This document shows, one piece after another, positions 38,534 to 50,463 of a stretch of DNA of 64,000 nt. This stretch comes from Amoeboaphelidium protococcarum X5. Lineage: Eukaryota; Fungi; Aphelidiomycota. Position 1 is the stretch's first letter, and each line of letters opens with the position of its first letter. The notes beneath the pieces were generated by a model, which saw only the letters and a list, made by a program, of their open reading frames with translations, was not told the DNA's origin and ran no database searches. A program made the position numbers and the translations under genes. The stretch is taken from NCBI GenBank assembly GCA_023515725.1, contig JALDTO010000200.1, positions 124,001-188,000 on the forward strand, written 5' to 3'.

Positions 38534-38765
38534 CGCTGCAATATGTATACTTGATGAGCTTAACAATTTATTATATTTATTTTTGGTTGTCGAAAGTATA
38601 TATGAGAGAGAGTAGATTTTGTGAAGGGCGAGTTAAATTTAAATCAGCGCTTCGTTACAGCGTCGTTGCCAAGCTGCATAAAATTTGTGTGACGCGAACA
38701 GTTACATTGACTGACCTCTAAGACTGATGCTTGATACAAAAGCAATAATTTTGATGAATAATTCA

Positions 38766-39290
38766 TCAGTTTTATTAAAAACATCTGAGCTGATACTACC
38801 ATTGACTTATTTACTAAAGCACCTAGTCTTTGTGAGACTGATCCACAGTGAACAGCTGAATTAAAATCTCACATGATTACAGCACTGCTCGCACATCGTC
38901 TGTGCGCAGAGCAGCCGCTGGTTACTGAGGATTAATGAAGATTTCTTGATCAACACAAATGGCGCGTTTATCTTTCCGTGTTTGAAATCTTCTCTCTCTG
39001 AGCCATTTCTTGATCACCTGCTCCCCATTCTTCAGAGCATTCGTTGGCTAGGATATTGAACCAGCGGTATAATGTTCCCTAAATACAGCCAACCAGTGCT
39101 TGTGCATCAAATAGAACAAATCTTGTAGTGTCCATGGCGGCTCTTTGGCGAACATTATTTGAAAGTCATTTCCATACGCATGTCTAAAATGGTACTCAAT
39201 CGCGGCAGGTAGATGCTGGATCACCAGAGTCAAGCAAGCCTATGCCATTTTTAGCATAGTATCCTAAGCATCATTCTACTCAACAGCCAT
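38766..39290 (-). CDS. Small all-helical protein resembling the Swt1-like HEPN domain
   Basis: Open 174-aa frame with LQDLFYLMHKHWLAVFREH and LRTDDVRAVLQSCEILI. No RxxxxH motif is visible. Confidence 0.5.
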
Positions 39291-40413
39291 ATTTTTCCTT
39301 ATAGAAAATAATGATAAAGAAATACAATAGAAACGCGCAATAAAAATTGAGGAGATCAATAGGTGAAGGAAAAGAAAAGACTGAATGAATGAAGGCAGGC
39401 GCGTTGAATTTAAGCCTTGTGGCTTCAAGCTTAAAATGACTCGAATTTTAAAAGCATGTTTTTCTCTATTATATCTCATGCAAATCCCTTAACTACACGT
39501 ATATATACAATAATGTATAATGGTTGGATTTAAGCATCAGGCACTTACATTCTATGTCTTCACGGGCAATTGTTTTAAATCTGATGTATGTTGAGAATGG
39601 AAGCGTGATAATCTACAATGATTTGGTTATGATATCAACGAATAACTAGTTAGATAATATACCTATTCAACCATTATAACAATTCCTATAATGAAAATTC
39701 TCTAGTCCACCTGCTATCCATTAGAGCCAAATATGTAAGCGAAGCTGGCAGACGCATTAGACTCGCCGAGATTGATTACATTGAGTCTCACTAAGCACAG
39801 AAATACATTAAACAGGAGGCTGAAAACACACCAGGCAACATATGATGTCATCACACTACTCGCATAAACATTACAAAGCAATTTCACCTATTCATGATTT
39901 TCCTAGTATGACCAGACAGCTACTAACGCGATTATGGGAAAGATCGATTCAATCAAACTAACAGGCGACAGACTATCACCAAGATCAAATGCAAAGTAAA
40001 AGTTGAGAGCAATTAACGTCTACGCGCATCATCAATGATACTGTTGATATTTTCACTATTATATATATGTAAAATCTTACCAAGTTAATTGCTACAACCA
40101 GCGTAAATGCTATCCTGAATATTACGTGCATTACTTGATTATCGGTGGAGAATCAAATGCTATTTTTGTAAACCTTGACTGATTGAAACAATCACCTGAT
40201 AACAATGAAAGGTGTACGTTCATAGCATAAGAGTACTTTAGCTTCATTTGAAAGTAGATTTGCTTTTAGCTGAGTGATAAGCCTAGTTAGTATCTACACA
40301 TACTTACATCAAATACCGCGTTAAAATAATTGCGCCATTGGCAAATCACAGTAAAAGAGTCGAGAGAGACATCTTTTCGCCTTTTGTCTTTCAATTTTCA
40401 GATTTGATGCACT

Positions 40414-41214
40414 ATGGAACGGTAATTTACTCCGAAAACTATTGCTGAGCCTTAAGGCTTATAGTATATAAATGATTTTTTAACTAAGAGTGAAGAATAG
40501 GAATTGATAGATATCCTGTATTAACAAAAGTGGTGCGGTCGAGGGATACAGTAACATCGAGTACTTAACGCGTAATCTCATGTCATTATATTACCGTGTT
40601 TTGATTATGTAGTCCTAATGCTGAAATGAAACGTCGCCTCTAATTTTATGGATATGTTTTCTCTTATAGATATAGAATAGTGACTAGTACGGCGCCAAAT
40701 GCTCCTTAACCTTTAAAAGATGTTGTGTCTTCAGTGGAACAAGTGGCGGACGATGGCGATCTTATGAAGCGATATCCGTTTAATATGGTATTAATAAATG
40801 AGTATGAACTGGGACAGGGAATTATGGCACACAATGATGCACCGCTCATATTTGGACCGATTATAGCCATTGTATCGCTTCTCTCGCCATGCATTATCTC
40901 ATTCTTTAGAGGAGATGAAAGACGCGACATTGTATTAGGTATGATATTATCGTCTAATTGTATTCCCATCCTCCCCTCTGACTTTATCTGATCATTATGT
41001 AGAGCCACGAAGTTTACTCATAATGCAGGATGAAGCGAGATATGAATGGACGCATGAGATATCAAAAAATCATATTGATATAGTTCGCCACCCATGCACT
41101 TAGGAAGACGGCCAGCTCCAGTCTCAGATGGAACAGACTGTGTAGCGATCAACTAGAGTATCGATAACACTTCGCCACGTTCTATAAACTCATTTGAATG
41201 ATGTATTTACATGA
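40414..41214 (+). CDS. AlkB-family 2OG-Fe(II) dioxygenase; introns 40551-40612, 40939-41002
   Basis: GLQYINDFLTKSEEQEL, RRLQFYGY.F.Y, INEYELGQGIMAHND, LEPRSLLIMQDEARYEWTHEI, RSTRVSITLR. Confidence 0.9.
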
Positions 41215-41355
41215 CTTTATATTTTTATTTATTGTTAATCTATTTGTTAGTTACTTATTAATTATTGAACTGAACACATTTTAACGAGCGAATGCTTCGT
41301 TTTCAGCTTTATCTCATTGTAAAATTACCTGATCTCATAGAGGAAACATATCAAA

Positions 41356-42156
41356 ATGTTGAAGATTACAAGCAGATATGCGAGTACAGCTAGGAGCCTT
41401 ACGCGTTCCTAATTACCTGCTGGCGTCTAGTCTACTTTATTAACAAAAACAGTTGGAATGACTATGCCTGAGTCGACTTTGAAGATGGTGTATCCTCAAG
41501 GATTTACTCCGGCTATCAAGGCTCTATTGGCGAGATTGAAATTGGTGAAGGTTGTGAGTGTGGATGATATTAGAAATATTGCCGCGTTAGAATAGGCCGA
41601 GTCTGTTGAAAAGGGATATGATATCATAATGCAGGGTATTAGAGAGAATTTTGCTGCTTTATATCATAATATGCCAAAATTGGTAGTGGACAAAGGTGCA
41701 CAGGCTCTGACTTCTGAAGAGATAATGCGCGACGTTGCCAGACGCTGCGGATTTTAACACGTCACAACCACGCAGAATATCAACTCTATTCATTTAATGC
41801 CGTCTATGCTGGTTCATCGCCTCTCATAATAATCAGAATCCCATGCTAAATACATTATCCAGTAGCATTTTCTGAACAGGCGACTAAACTGGGAATCTGT
41901 TGCATGGATGGACAGTCCAGAGGCGACTATTGAGTAAATCAGTCAGCGCTTCTATGGTTAGCCTCACAAGACGCGTCTTTTGAACGAAACTGGTCGTCAG
42001 TCGCCGATGCCTCTGTTTGTAATTGGAGTTTTCTCTGGAGCACAAAAGTTGGGTGAAGGCTTTGGTTAGTCTCTCTCTATGGCAATACAGAGAGCTAGGA
42101 ATGATGCTATCCTGAAGCATTATCTTGATCCACAGAAGAAGCATTAGATCTGCTGA
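41356..42156 (+). CDS. Mitochondrial ribosomal protein mL44 (MRPL3/MRPL44)-like
   Basis: Basic presequence-like N-terminus. C-terminal dsRBD-like RLLNETGRQSPMPLFVIGVFSG..KLGEGFG.SL..A..RA..DA. Confidence 0.8.
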
Positions 42157-42332
42157 ATACATATTTTAGATATTTTATTAATGCTATATTATTTTCAACA
42201 TAGTTTCCATACTTTGGATCGTTTTATAAACCAAATGTGTTATCATAAAACGCGATTCAATTTGTCTACTTCAATTGACGTTTACTTTTCGTATTAGGAT
42301 TTTTGATAAGTAGTAATAATACGATCCATAGT

Positions 42333-43899
42333 ATGAGCTTTATATCAACAGAAATAATAAAAGCATTGGCTGAATTCTCGAATATTACTAATCTTCAAGA
42401 TGAAGTCGCCAGTGCCATATCTCAGGATGTGGAATTCAGGCTGCGGGACATTATTTAGGAAGCTCAAAAGTTTAGACGGCATGCTAAGCGAACGATGCTC
42501 ACCAGCGATGATATAAATAACGCTCTCAAATTACGCAATTGCCAGGTATGATGATGATATATATCTACAGCATTAGTGATAGTTTATTATGACTGGTACT
42601 GTCGCTCGAGTGGCGATGGTGGCGGTAATGATTAGATTGTAGAGACTTTATGGATATGTTGATGGAGAAAGTAAACCATTCAAGTCAGTGGATACATCAT
42701 CGCTAGGAGAGATTTACTACGTGGATGATGATGAGATTGATTTGGAAGATGTGCTGAATGCTCCTCTGCCACCTCTTAATCCGGAGACTGTCGTGACTGG
42801 GCACTGGCTCATGGTTGAAGGTGTTTAGCCAGCTATTCCATAGAACATTGCTCCCATAGGTACGTTAATTGATACATCGCCCGTGTGCATTATAATCTAT
42901 AAACGTTATCATCTTTGATTACATGTAGAAAATAGCATTGATAATATAAGTAGACAGTTGAAATAGGATGGCAAGTATTTAATGAATGAGAAGAAGGTTG
43001 ACTTTAAGCCTTTGGTCAGACACGTTCTGTCAAGAGAGTTATAGATTTACTTTGAGAAGCTGGTGGAGGCATTGTAGAGCTCGGATTAGAGACTCAACGC
43101 CGCCGCTTTGTAGAGTATCCGTTAAGATAATGGTATATAGTAACTGCTGCCGTACTTTGTATAGTATGTCACTGAGTAGATTGCCAAGAATCTGAAGAAT
43201 CTACCGCGACTGACACTGATGGGCAATGTCATTGCTGGTATTCTTACCAATTCACACTTCTTTGTCGAACCGTATCTCCATCAACTCATGCCTCCAATTC
43301 TATCGCTGCTAATCTCCAAGAGAATATGTGAAGATCCGCAAGAGAATCATTGGGTTTTGAGAGATTACGCTGCCAGTCTAATGGCTATGATCTGCTCCAA
43401 GTATTCGAATTCCTATTAGTCACTGTAGCCTCGTGTCACTAGAACTTTATTGCGTGCATTCATCGACCCAATAAAGTCTGCAACTACTCACTATGGTGCT
43501 ATAATTGGACTTAAGCTGCTTGGCTCGGAGGTTATCAAGACTTTGGTTATGCCCAACGTGGTTGCTTTTATGATCAGACTTAATTAACGTATCTCTGAGT
43601 AGAGTTCTGACATTGTGGCGTCTGAGGAACTTGAAAGAGTTAAAAATGCTCTACAGGTATTATTTTTTACTATTAGTCAGAATATTAAGTGAAGTGTATC
43701 AATTTAATTTAAGTGCTGAAGTGTGTAGTCGGCTGTTTTGAGTTTTTTAGTCACTGAAAGTGTCAAAGCTGCTGGTGAATAGCCAGTTTAGACTATTGAT
43801 CAGGTGGATTTGGAGCAGGTTCAGTATGCCACTGAAGCTTTTTAACTATTTGGTGATTCATTAAAAGCTTCAGTCTTGGCTGAATTATAAATATCGTGA
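42333..43899 (+). CDS. TAF6: TFIID/SAGA subunit TAF6; introns 42546-42642, 42860-42928, 43657-43728
   Basis: QDVEFRLRDIIQEAQKF.RHAKR..LTSDDINNAL, HWLMVEGVQPAIPQN, RHVLSRELQIYF, EPYLHQLMP, LQPRVTRTL. Confidence 0.96.
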
Positions 43900-44268
43900 T
43901 CTCCCTTGACGTAATGTTACTTCATGTATATCCGATATCGCGTTCTGCTATAAATATTTGAATTTAGTTTCTCAGAGCCCCTCAACGGCAAGTCATTCTT
44001 ATATCGTCCTTCTAATCAATTCAGAGAGCGAATATTTATTCATTTAACAGAGATTAGAGTGTTCATCTCATCTTCAGTGGGTATTTGACGTGTTGGTAGC
44101 ACTGAAGCGATCTTGCATAGAAACTGTTTGTTTGATCAGGCCGATGTTGCCTCTTGCTGTAACAGCCCAGTGTTGGATGGTTACTGGGCAACTTTTCATT
44201 GTAAGTCTTGATGAATTACATGTGAAAGTTTATTATATTGATTGTAATTAACAAAAAAAAACTATATA

Positions 44269-45744
44269 ATGGTGGACGTTGTACTTATCACCACGTCATC
44301 TATCTTCGCAGGGCTGGTCGTAATTGGAGCCATCTACTTTTTGGTATACTTTCAGCATCCCGATGATAAGTGGGTAGCATGGTTCCCTAAACTGGTTGTA
44401 GTCGTTGGATTGACCTTGTCTTGTTACAATGCTCTTCTTCTACCATTGGATGTTGCTAATCAGGGCGGATAGTTCGTTGCTGTGGGAGGCATCCCCATGG
44501 CGCAGATAACGTTTGCATTCTTCATCGCCACCATTTGTATGGCACTCGCCGTCGTTCCCTTTGTCATGTTCTACTATGAGGGCATGGATGAGGCCGATGA
44601 GTTTGATAATGATCCGGCAAAGCAGGTTTTCTATGCTGTACAATGGACTTTTGTCACGCTGGTGATCTACTTCTTGGCCACCGCTTTGATTTGGTATTAC
44701 GCTGGCTATGCTGACATTCCAACTGTGACAATGTCTTCCCAATTCTAGCCTAGTACTGATATTAGATACCAGTACTGTGCTGTCAAAGGTCAATGTACCG
44801 CTGATTCGTCGACGGTTATAACTGTTAGAGTTTCTTTCATCATGTACATGGTGGCATGTGCTTCCTTTATCGGATGGGTGTTATTTGCCATCTTTGGAGG
44901 AGTTGGGCTCTCTGCACTTCCATTCGATCTTCTGATCGACTTTAAGAATCGCCCAAGACGGATCAAGTTGGAAGAGTACACGGCCAAGAAGAGATTGGTT
45001 GGTGAACAGGCTGCTCTGCTTCTTGAGGCTAGTGCTGCATTGATTAGCCAGAAGAAGGCTATTGTGAAAGGAACTCGCTGGGCAAACAGAAAATAGAGAT
45101 CGTATGTCAAGACTGAGAATGAGTTTAAACGTGATGTTCTCTTCTTGGAGTCTTAGTGGAAGCGATTGGAAGATGGTTATAAGAACGGTGGTGGTAATCC
45201 ACTGATGATCTACGGCAAATTGATTGTTGGTATTGTGGGCACTTTTGTGTCTCTATTCTGGTTCTTCCACATTCTGCTCTATGTGTTGCCTATAGCAAGT
45301 AACAGCTTGCCGGTCACTCCATTTTTGAATACGTTCTTTCGAAGCACATTCCAAGCTCCGGTATTTGGAATAGTATTCTATGGCATTTTCGTGTTCTGGC
45401 TATTGCTTTGTGTCCTTAAAGGCATCACCAAGATGGGTGTCCGGTTCCTGTTTATTGAAGTTTATCCAGTGAAGATGGGCGAGACTTTTATGAGCGCCCT
45501 CGTGTTCAACGTTGGAGTATTGCTGTTCTGCTCTCTGGCTGTCAGTCAGTTTTGCACTTTTGCGTTCAGTCAGTATGCTCGTTACACCGCGTCTGCCACC
45601 ATCTTTATGAACTAGCTGTAAACACTGCGAGGCATACATTACATTTACAATGTGCTCATGTACGTCTTGCCTATAATGACCTTTGTCACGGTGCTTTATA
45701 TCTGGGCAAAGCCTTCAGACTAGAGATTAAAGAGAATATTCTGA
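44269..45744 (+). CDS. LMBR1-domain (LIMR family) multi-pass membrane protein
   Basis: YFQHPDDK..AWFPKLVV, LLPLDVAN, PFVMFYYE, FGGVGLSALP.DL..F..RP, MSALVFNV. Confidence 0.9.
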
Positions 45745-45916
45745 TGGTAATGATAATGATGTCAATGATGTTAAGAAAATAGATTAAAATTTTGTAATTA
45801 TTATGCAAGGGGTTGACATTTTACCCTGCGATTATTAAAAACAACAGAAAACCAGAATATTGCAATCGAGCATAATGTATAGGAAGATTAGTGTATATAT
45901 ATTTACTCAAAAGGGA

Positions 45917-46324
45917 TCAGAAGCGCAACTTCTCAAAGAACCACTTGTTCTTACCAGCATTGTACTTCTCTTCAAACACCTTTCTGACTTCCTTTCTGGC
46001 CTCGACGCGCTTAGTCTTATCAGTTAAAGTCTCCTCACTCACGAGATTCTTCAAGTCAGCATCCAATGCGTAACGGGTAGGCATCATGTGCTAGAAGTTG
46101 ACAACCTTGAGGAATGGCTTAATACGTGATCTCTTGGCCATACGCTTCTGTCCCATTGATTTAGTGACTCTGAGCGGATACTTTTCAATACCAGCAACAA
46201 TGGCGTGTGGGTATGGACGCGCCTCGGTGCCATCATCGAATTGCTTTACAATCACAGCCTTCTTACCGGCGTACTTTCCAGAGAGCAGAATAACAACTTT
46301 GGTTGGCTTCAGAAATTTAACCAT
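45917..46324 (-). CDS. RPL27: 60S ribosomal protein eL27
   Basis: [44 protein letters not shown] then TGA. Confidence 0.98.
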
Positions 46325-46582
46325 TTTATTATGTGTGATTATACTAGTATTATATATTTCCTACTAGTGAAAATGAAATGACCTTAAAATGCACTCAGAA
46401 AACTTCACTGGACGCGTCCAAGTTTGAATGATCTCCGGTACTGAAAATGCAAAGGCGCGACAACCGAAAATTAACCGAAATAGAAAAACTCGAAAGAAAT
46501 TCGCGTTTCACAATTTAGAAGATTGTTTCAAAATTGGATCATCATCATCACTAAATAAACAAATTTGTATTGTAGAGGTACA

Positions 46583-47800
46583 TCATAATTTCTTAAAGCA
46601 TATTATATACATGGCGCTGGTCCAAAGTTGAGAGCCATTCGCATCTAATGAGTACCCACCATAATATCGAAGACTGTGAAATTATATCATTTGATACGCG
46701 TCAACGATATCATTTTATGCAAATCCCTCAACTTACAGTCGTTGCATCAGATCAGATGGAATTTTCCTAATCTTGTAATATTCTATGCATGATCTGGATA
46801 GAGGCTGTGGATACTTGTGGCGATTAGGAATGGCGGTTACCAGTAAATTAGACTTATTTCGCAGAACAAACTAGAGACATATGTCCTCATTCTGCAGAGG
46901 GGAGAGAGAGCACGTCGAGTATACAAGCGTGCCGCCGCGTTTGAGTAAGTCAAACCCGTTCTGGAGGAGACCAAATTAGACGCGCTATAACTCAGACAAC
47001 GCATTGTCATCAACTATAGTATCCATGATAGTTCCATTCTTAAAGCTTTTAATGACATGGGAAAATGATCCATCATGAGTGCACGGAACATCAACCAGAA
47101 CCTTGTCGTACAACTCGTTAGTTGTCGTGTTATACTAATTCATCATACGAGAAGAGTAGAAAGGACGACAGAACTTCTAATCCAATACGTCAGAATGTTC
47201 AATTTAATATTATGAATCTTTATTAAGGAGAGGTGCACCGACACGAAATGAAGTACCGCTGCAATTATAAAGTCTGAATCGTTTGACGTTATGCTTTTAC
47301 ATTTAAGACTTGCAAATAAATAATCTGTGCTGGCTTAGATCAACGCCAGTCAAAGTACCTTAAGATTATGGAACACCACTGTTCATCAAATAATCTGCAT
47401 ATATCAGTTTACTACCAGGCGCGCAGGATACATCTAATATATTATCATTTGACTGTGGATCTAGGATATCAACAACAATCATTGAGGTGATGTCTATCCC
47501 CAAAACAAAATATTATAGCTATTTACTCAATCGACTCAACTAGACGGATCCATCCATTAAATACGCGCTCTATAGACATTCTACACGAGTCAACTGTGTA
47601 TTAAGTTATGATGCAATCTGAATAATAGTTTCTTAGTTGTTGAAATCATTTTTCTGAGCACGAATACAAGCATATCGGTGAGGAAAGCCTGTATTTAGAT
47701 ATTTTGGCACATCAGCGTAAGCATCTAGACATATTTCAGCGCGACTGCAGAAATCCAAATACTCTTAAGGGATCAGATCTTCCAGTCTTGAAACCATCAT
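46583..47800 (-). CDS. NOL1/NOP2/Sun (RsmB/NSUN) RNA m5C methyltransferase
   Basis: ILDVSCAPGSK, YDKVLVDVPCTHDG, GGTLVYSTCSLS..QNE. Absent from the ORF track. Confidence 0.9.
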
Positions 47801-48071
47801 AAATAATGGAGAGAAAAGAACGCAAAAGTAGTTCTTTCTTCTCACAAATTTTTTCATCAAAGAACGCGCGACCGTTTAGTCGTTCACATTTCAACTCGCA
47901 TTTCCTCACCAAACGCAGATTTGTGTTTTTTCCAGTTTTTTTTTCATCTCGCCGACTTTTAACCCAACCGAAGCAAAGTCTTTTGCGTCTAGTCGAGCGT
48001 GTTCATCTTAAAGATTCCTCCATCGCCTAGGAACTTCAGAAAATTAATAATAATAAATCAATTATATTAAA

Positions 48072-48491
48072 ATGAGTAAAGCTGGAGCAGGTGCAGCAGG
48101 TAATAAATTCCGTATGTCGACCGGTCTTCCAGTCGGTGCAGTCATGAACTGTGCTGACAATTCTGGAGCCAAGAATCTGTATGTAATTTCCGTTAAACGC
48201 GTCGGTGCGCGTCTGAATCGTCTTCCAGCAGCCGGTGTCGGTGATATGGTCATGGCCTGTGTGAAGAAGGGTAAGCCTGATTTGAGAAAGAAAGTACTTA
48301 ATGCCGTGGTGGTACGTCAGCGTAAGCCATGGCGTAGACGAGATGGAGTTTTCTTATACTTTGAGGATAATGCTGGTGTGATTGTCAATCCTAAAGGTGA
48401 GATGAAGGGTAGTGCCGTCACTGGCCCTGTTGGTAAGGAGTGTGCAGATCTGTGGCCTCGTATTGCTTCATCCAGCGGTACTGTCGTATGA
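48072..48491 (+). CDS. RPL23: 60S ribosomal protein uL14 (L23)
   Basis: [44 protein letters not shown]. Confidence 0.98.
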   Translation: MSKAGAGAAGNKFRMSTGLPVGAVMNCADNSGAKNLYVISVKRVGARLNRLPAAGVGDMVMACVKKGKPDLRKKVLNAVVVRQRKPWRRRDGVFLYFEDNAGVIVNPKGEMKGSAVTGPVGKECADLWPRIASSSGTVV

Positions 48492-48683
48492 GCGATGAAC
48501 TCTATTACTATAATATACTTCACTTACATATAATGTTATTGTGCCGAAGATTCCGTTTCTCTCGATTCAGCTTAGTAGATCTATGCTTTGTTACACCATC
48601 ACTTTAAAGTGCATTTCTTTACAATAACGACATCTTTTCCACTAAGTCTGTATTTATTATTCGCGACAAATCTCAGCGAATAA

Positions 48684-49892
48684 ATGAACTAAGGCTCTTT
48701 TAATTACTGTCCTATCGATGGGCATCTGTATACTCCCATAGAGTCTGTGTGTCCACAGTGTTAGACTTCGCGATACATCAGCGAGTTTACTAAAGCATCG
48801 TCTCAACAGCATGGTAAGAAGAAATGGAGAAAGTTGTTGTACATTAAGCAGGATTACCCAGACAACTATGTGGACCATACATTTCTTGAATAGATGCAGA
48901 AAAATGGTAGATTAGTATCTGTATAATTATCTCTGGAAGAGCATACAATCTAATAATTGTGTGTACGCACAGTGTGTAGCAAACTTGAAGACTCAAGATT
49001 ACTGGACCATTGTTTCATAGTCGTGGAGTATAACGTCTCAGCTGTCGAGCATTGTCATCTTTGTGTGCACATTTGTCTTTTTATTTGACAATAACATCTC
49101 AATAGAGGCATTGATTACCCGCAATCTCATTGGATCTGTAATATGTTACATGTTTTGGATCTGGAGTATCAATCGGTATGTGAAAATGGCCAAACCGCAT
49201 CACTCTGGTACGTTTTGTTATGTTCAATTGACTTTAATTGATCTCATGTGACAAAATTATGATTATTAGGTAATGTGTAGTTTGTAAAGTATTGAAAGCT
49301 TCAGTGCTATTCTTTATTATACTGATTGCCTTGTCTCCTATACTGAAAACATTGACTCAAGACACGTCGGATGATACAATCTATGCCCTGTCAACGATCG
49401 TGTTCACCATGAATCTGCTCTTTCATGATTACACAAGCGTGGAACCTGGTGCTACGCGTTACCCAGGTGCACTGTCTCTAAATGCTGCTATATTTGGAAG
49501 TGTTCTATTGGCGTCTCGTTTGAGTTCCAGTTTGAACGTGTTTGGCTTAATGTTGTTTGCCGTCACTTGGTTCGGCCTGCTGCCTATATTTCGGAGGTCC
49601 ATGGTGGTGTATTCAAAAGGATCGCTGATGCTTAACTTGCTCCTTCTTGCCTGCGGTACTTACATGCTCCATTAAGTTTCCACTATCATGGTGCATCTAT
49701 ATCTGACCATGTACGCGTTTATTACATTTGTATGTCCATTCTGGTTGATTTGGATCTAGCGATACAAAAAGTAAGTCAAAATGTTAATTCGTTACTAAAA
49801 CTCATCATTGATATATACTTGCGGTAATAAACATATGTAGTGAGATTAAAGGATCTTGGGATGAAATGAAACTGATGATTAGTGAGGAATGA
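48684..49892 (+). CDS. GPI2: GPI-GlcNAc transferase subunit PIG-C/Gpi2; introns 48907-48979, 49208-49280, 49771-49840
   Basis: WRKLLYIKQDYPDNYVD..FL, LSPILKTLT..TS.DTIYA, LSLNAAIF.SVLLASRL, QRYKNEI.G.WDE. Confidence 0.93.
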
Positions 49893-49934
49893 CAATAATA
49901 ATAATAATAATAATAAGTAATCCTAGTATTAAAC

Positions 49935-50291
49935 TCAAATCTTTTCAAATTCAACCTTGTCATCGACCCAGTTGCCTTTTCCATATTTGGTCAACCACAG
50001 GCTTGGAACTTCATTTCTGCCAAATTTATTTCCACCAATTTGCGTTGGATACTTGAACGGTCTGACGTGTGCATTCAGCTCCAGCTCCTTTTCAAAAGAT
50101 CTTACCAGAGCTTCTATTCTAACCGGATTCTATTCATTTCTGTTCTCTTCAAATCTAGAGCGAATCTTTAAGCAGTGCTGCCTAAATATATCTCGCTCAT
50201 ATGCATGATGATCGAAAGCGCTCTTCAGTGCTCTCTTATACAGACGTTATATATAATTCTTATGAGGTACAGCTCTATTTACAGTTGTCAT
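49935..50291 (-). CDS. NDUFB9: Complex I LYR-family subunit NDUFB9 (B22)
   Basis: QRLYKRALK, IRSRFEENRN, H.RPFKYPT..GGNKF.RN. Confidence 0.85.
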
Positions 50292-50463
50292 ATTTTAATA
50301 TATCCGGTAGTCACTTACAGTTCTGTATTCTTTTGTCACTAGAAGAATAGAGGAAGTTTTGGGAAAGAAGTCGTAAAGGAGATCAAAATTCTTCGAGCAT
50401 TAAAAAGCTTGTTATTAAATAAACAATTCATATAGTCAAATTATCAGCATCCATCACAGTCAA

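Noticed and set aside
39480-40400. Unannotated 0.9-kb gap with short open frames (e.g. 39691-39897)
   Set aside because: No convincing protein motif, splice model or repeat structure was found by eye.
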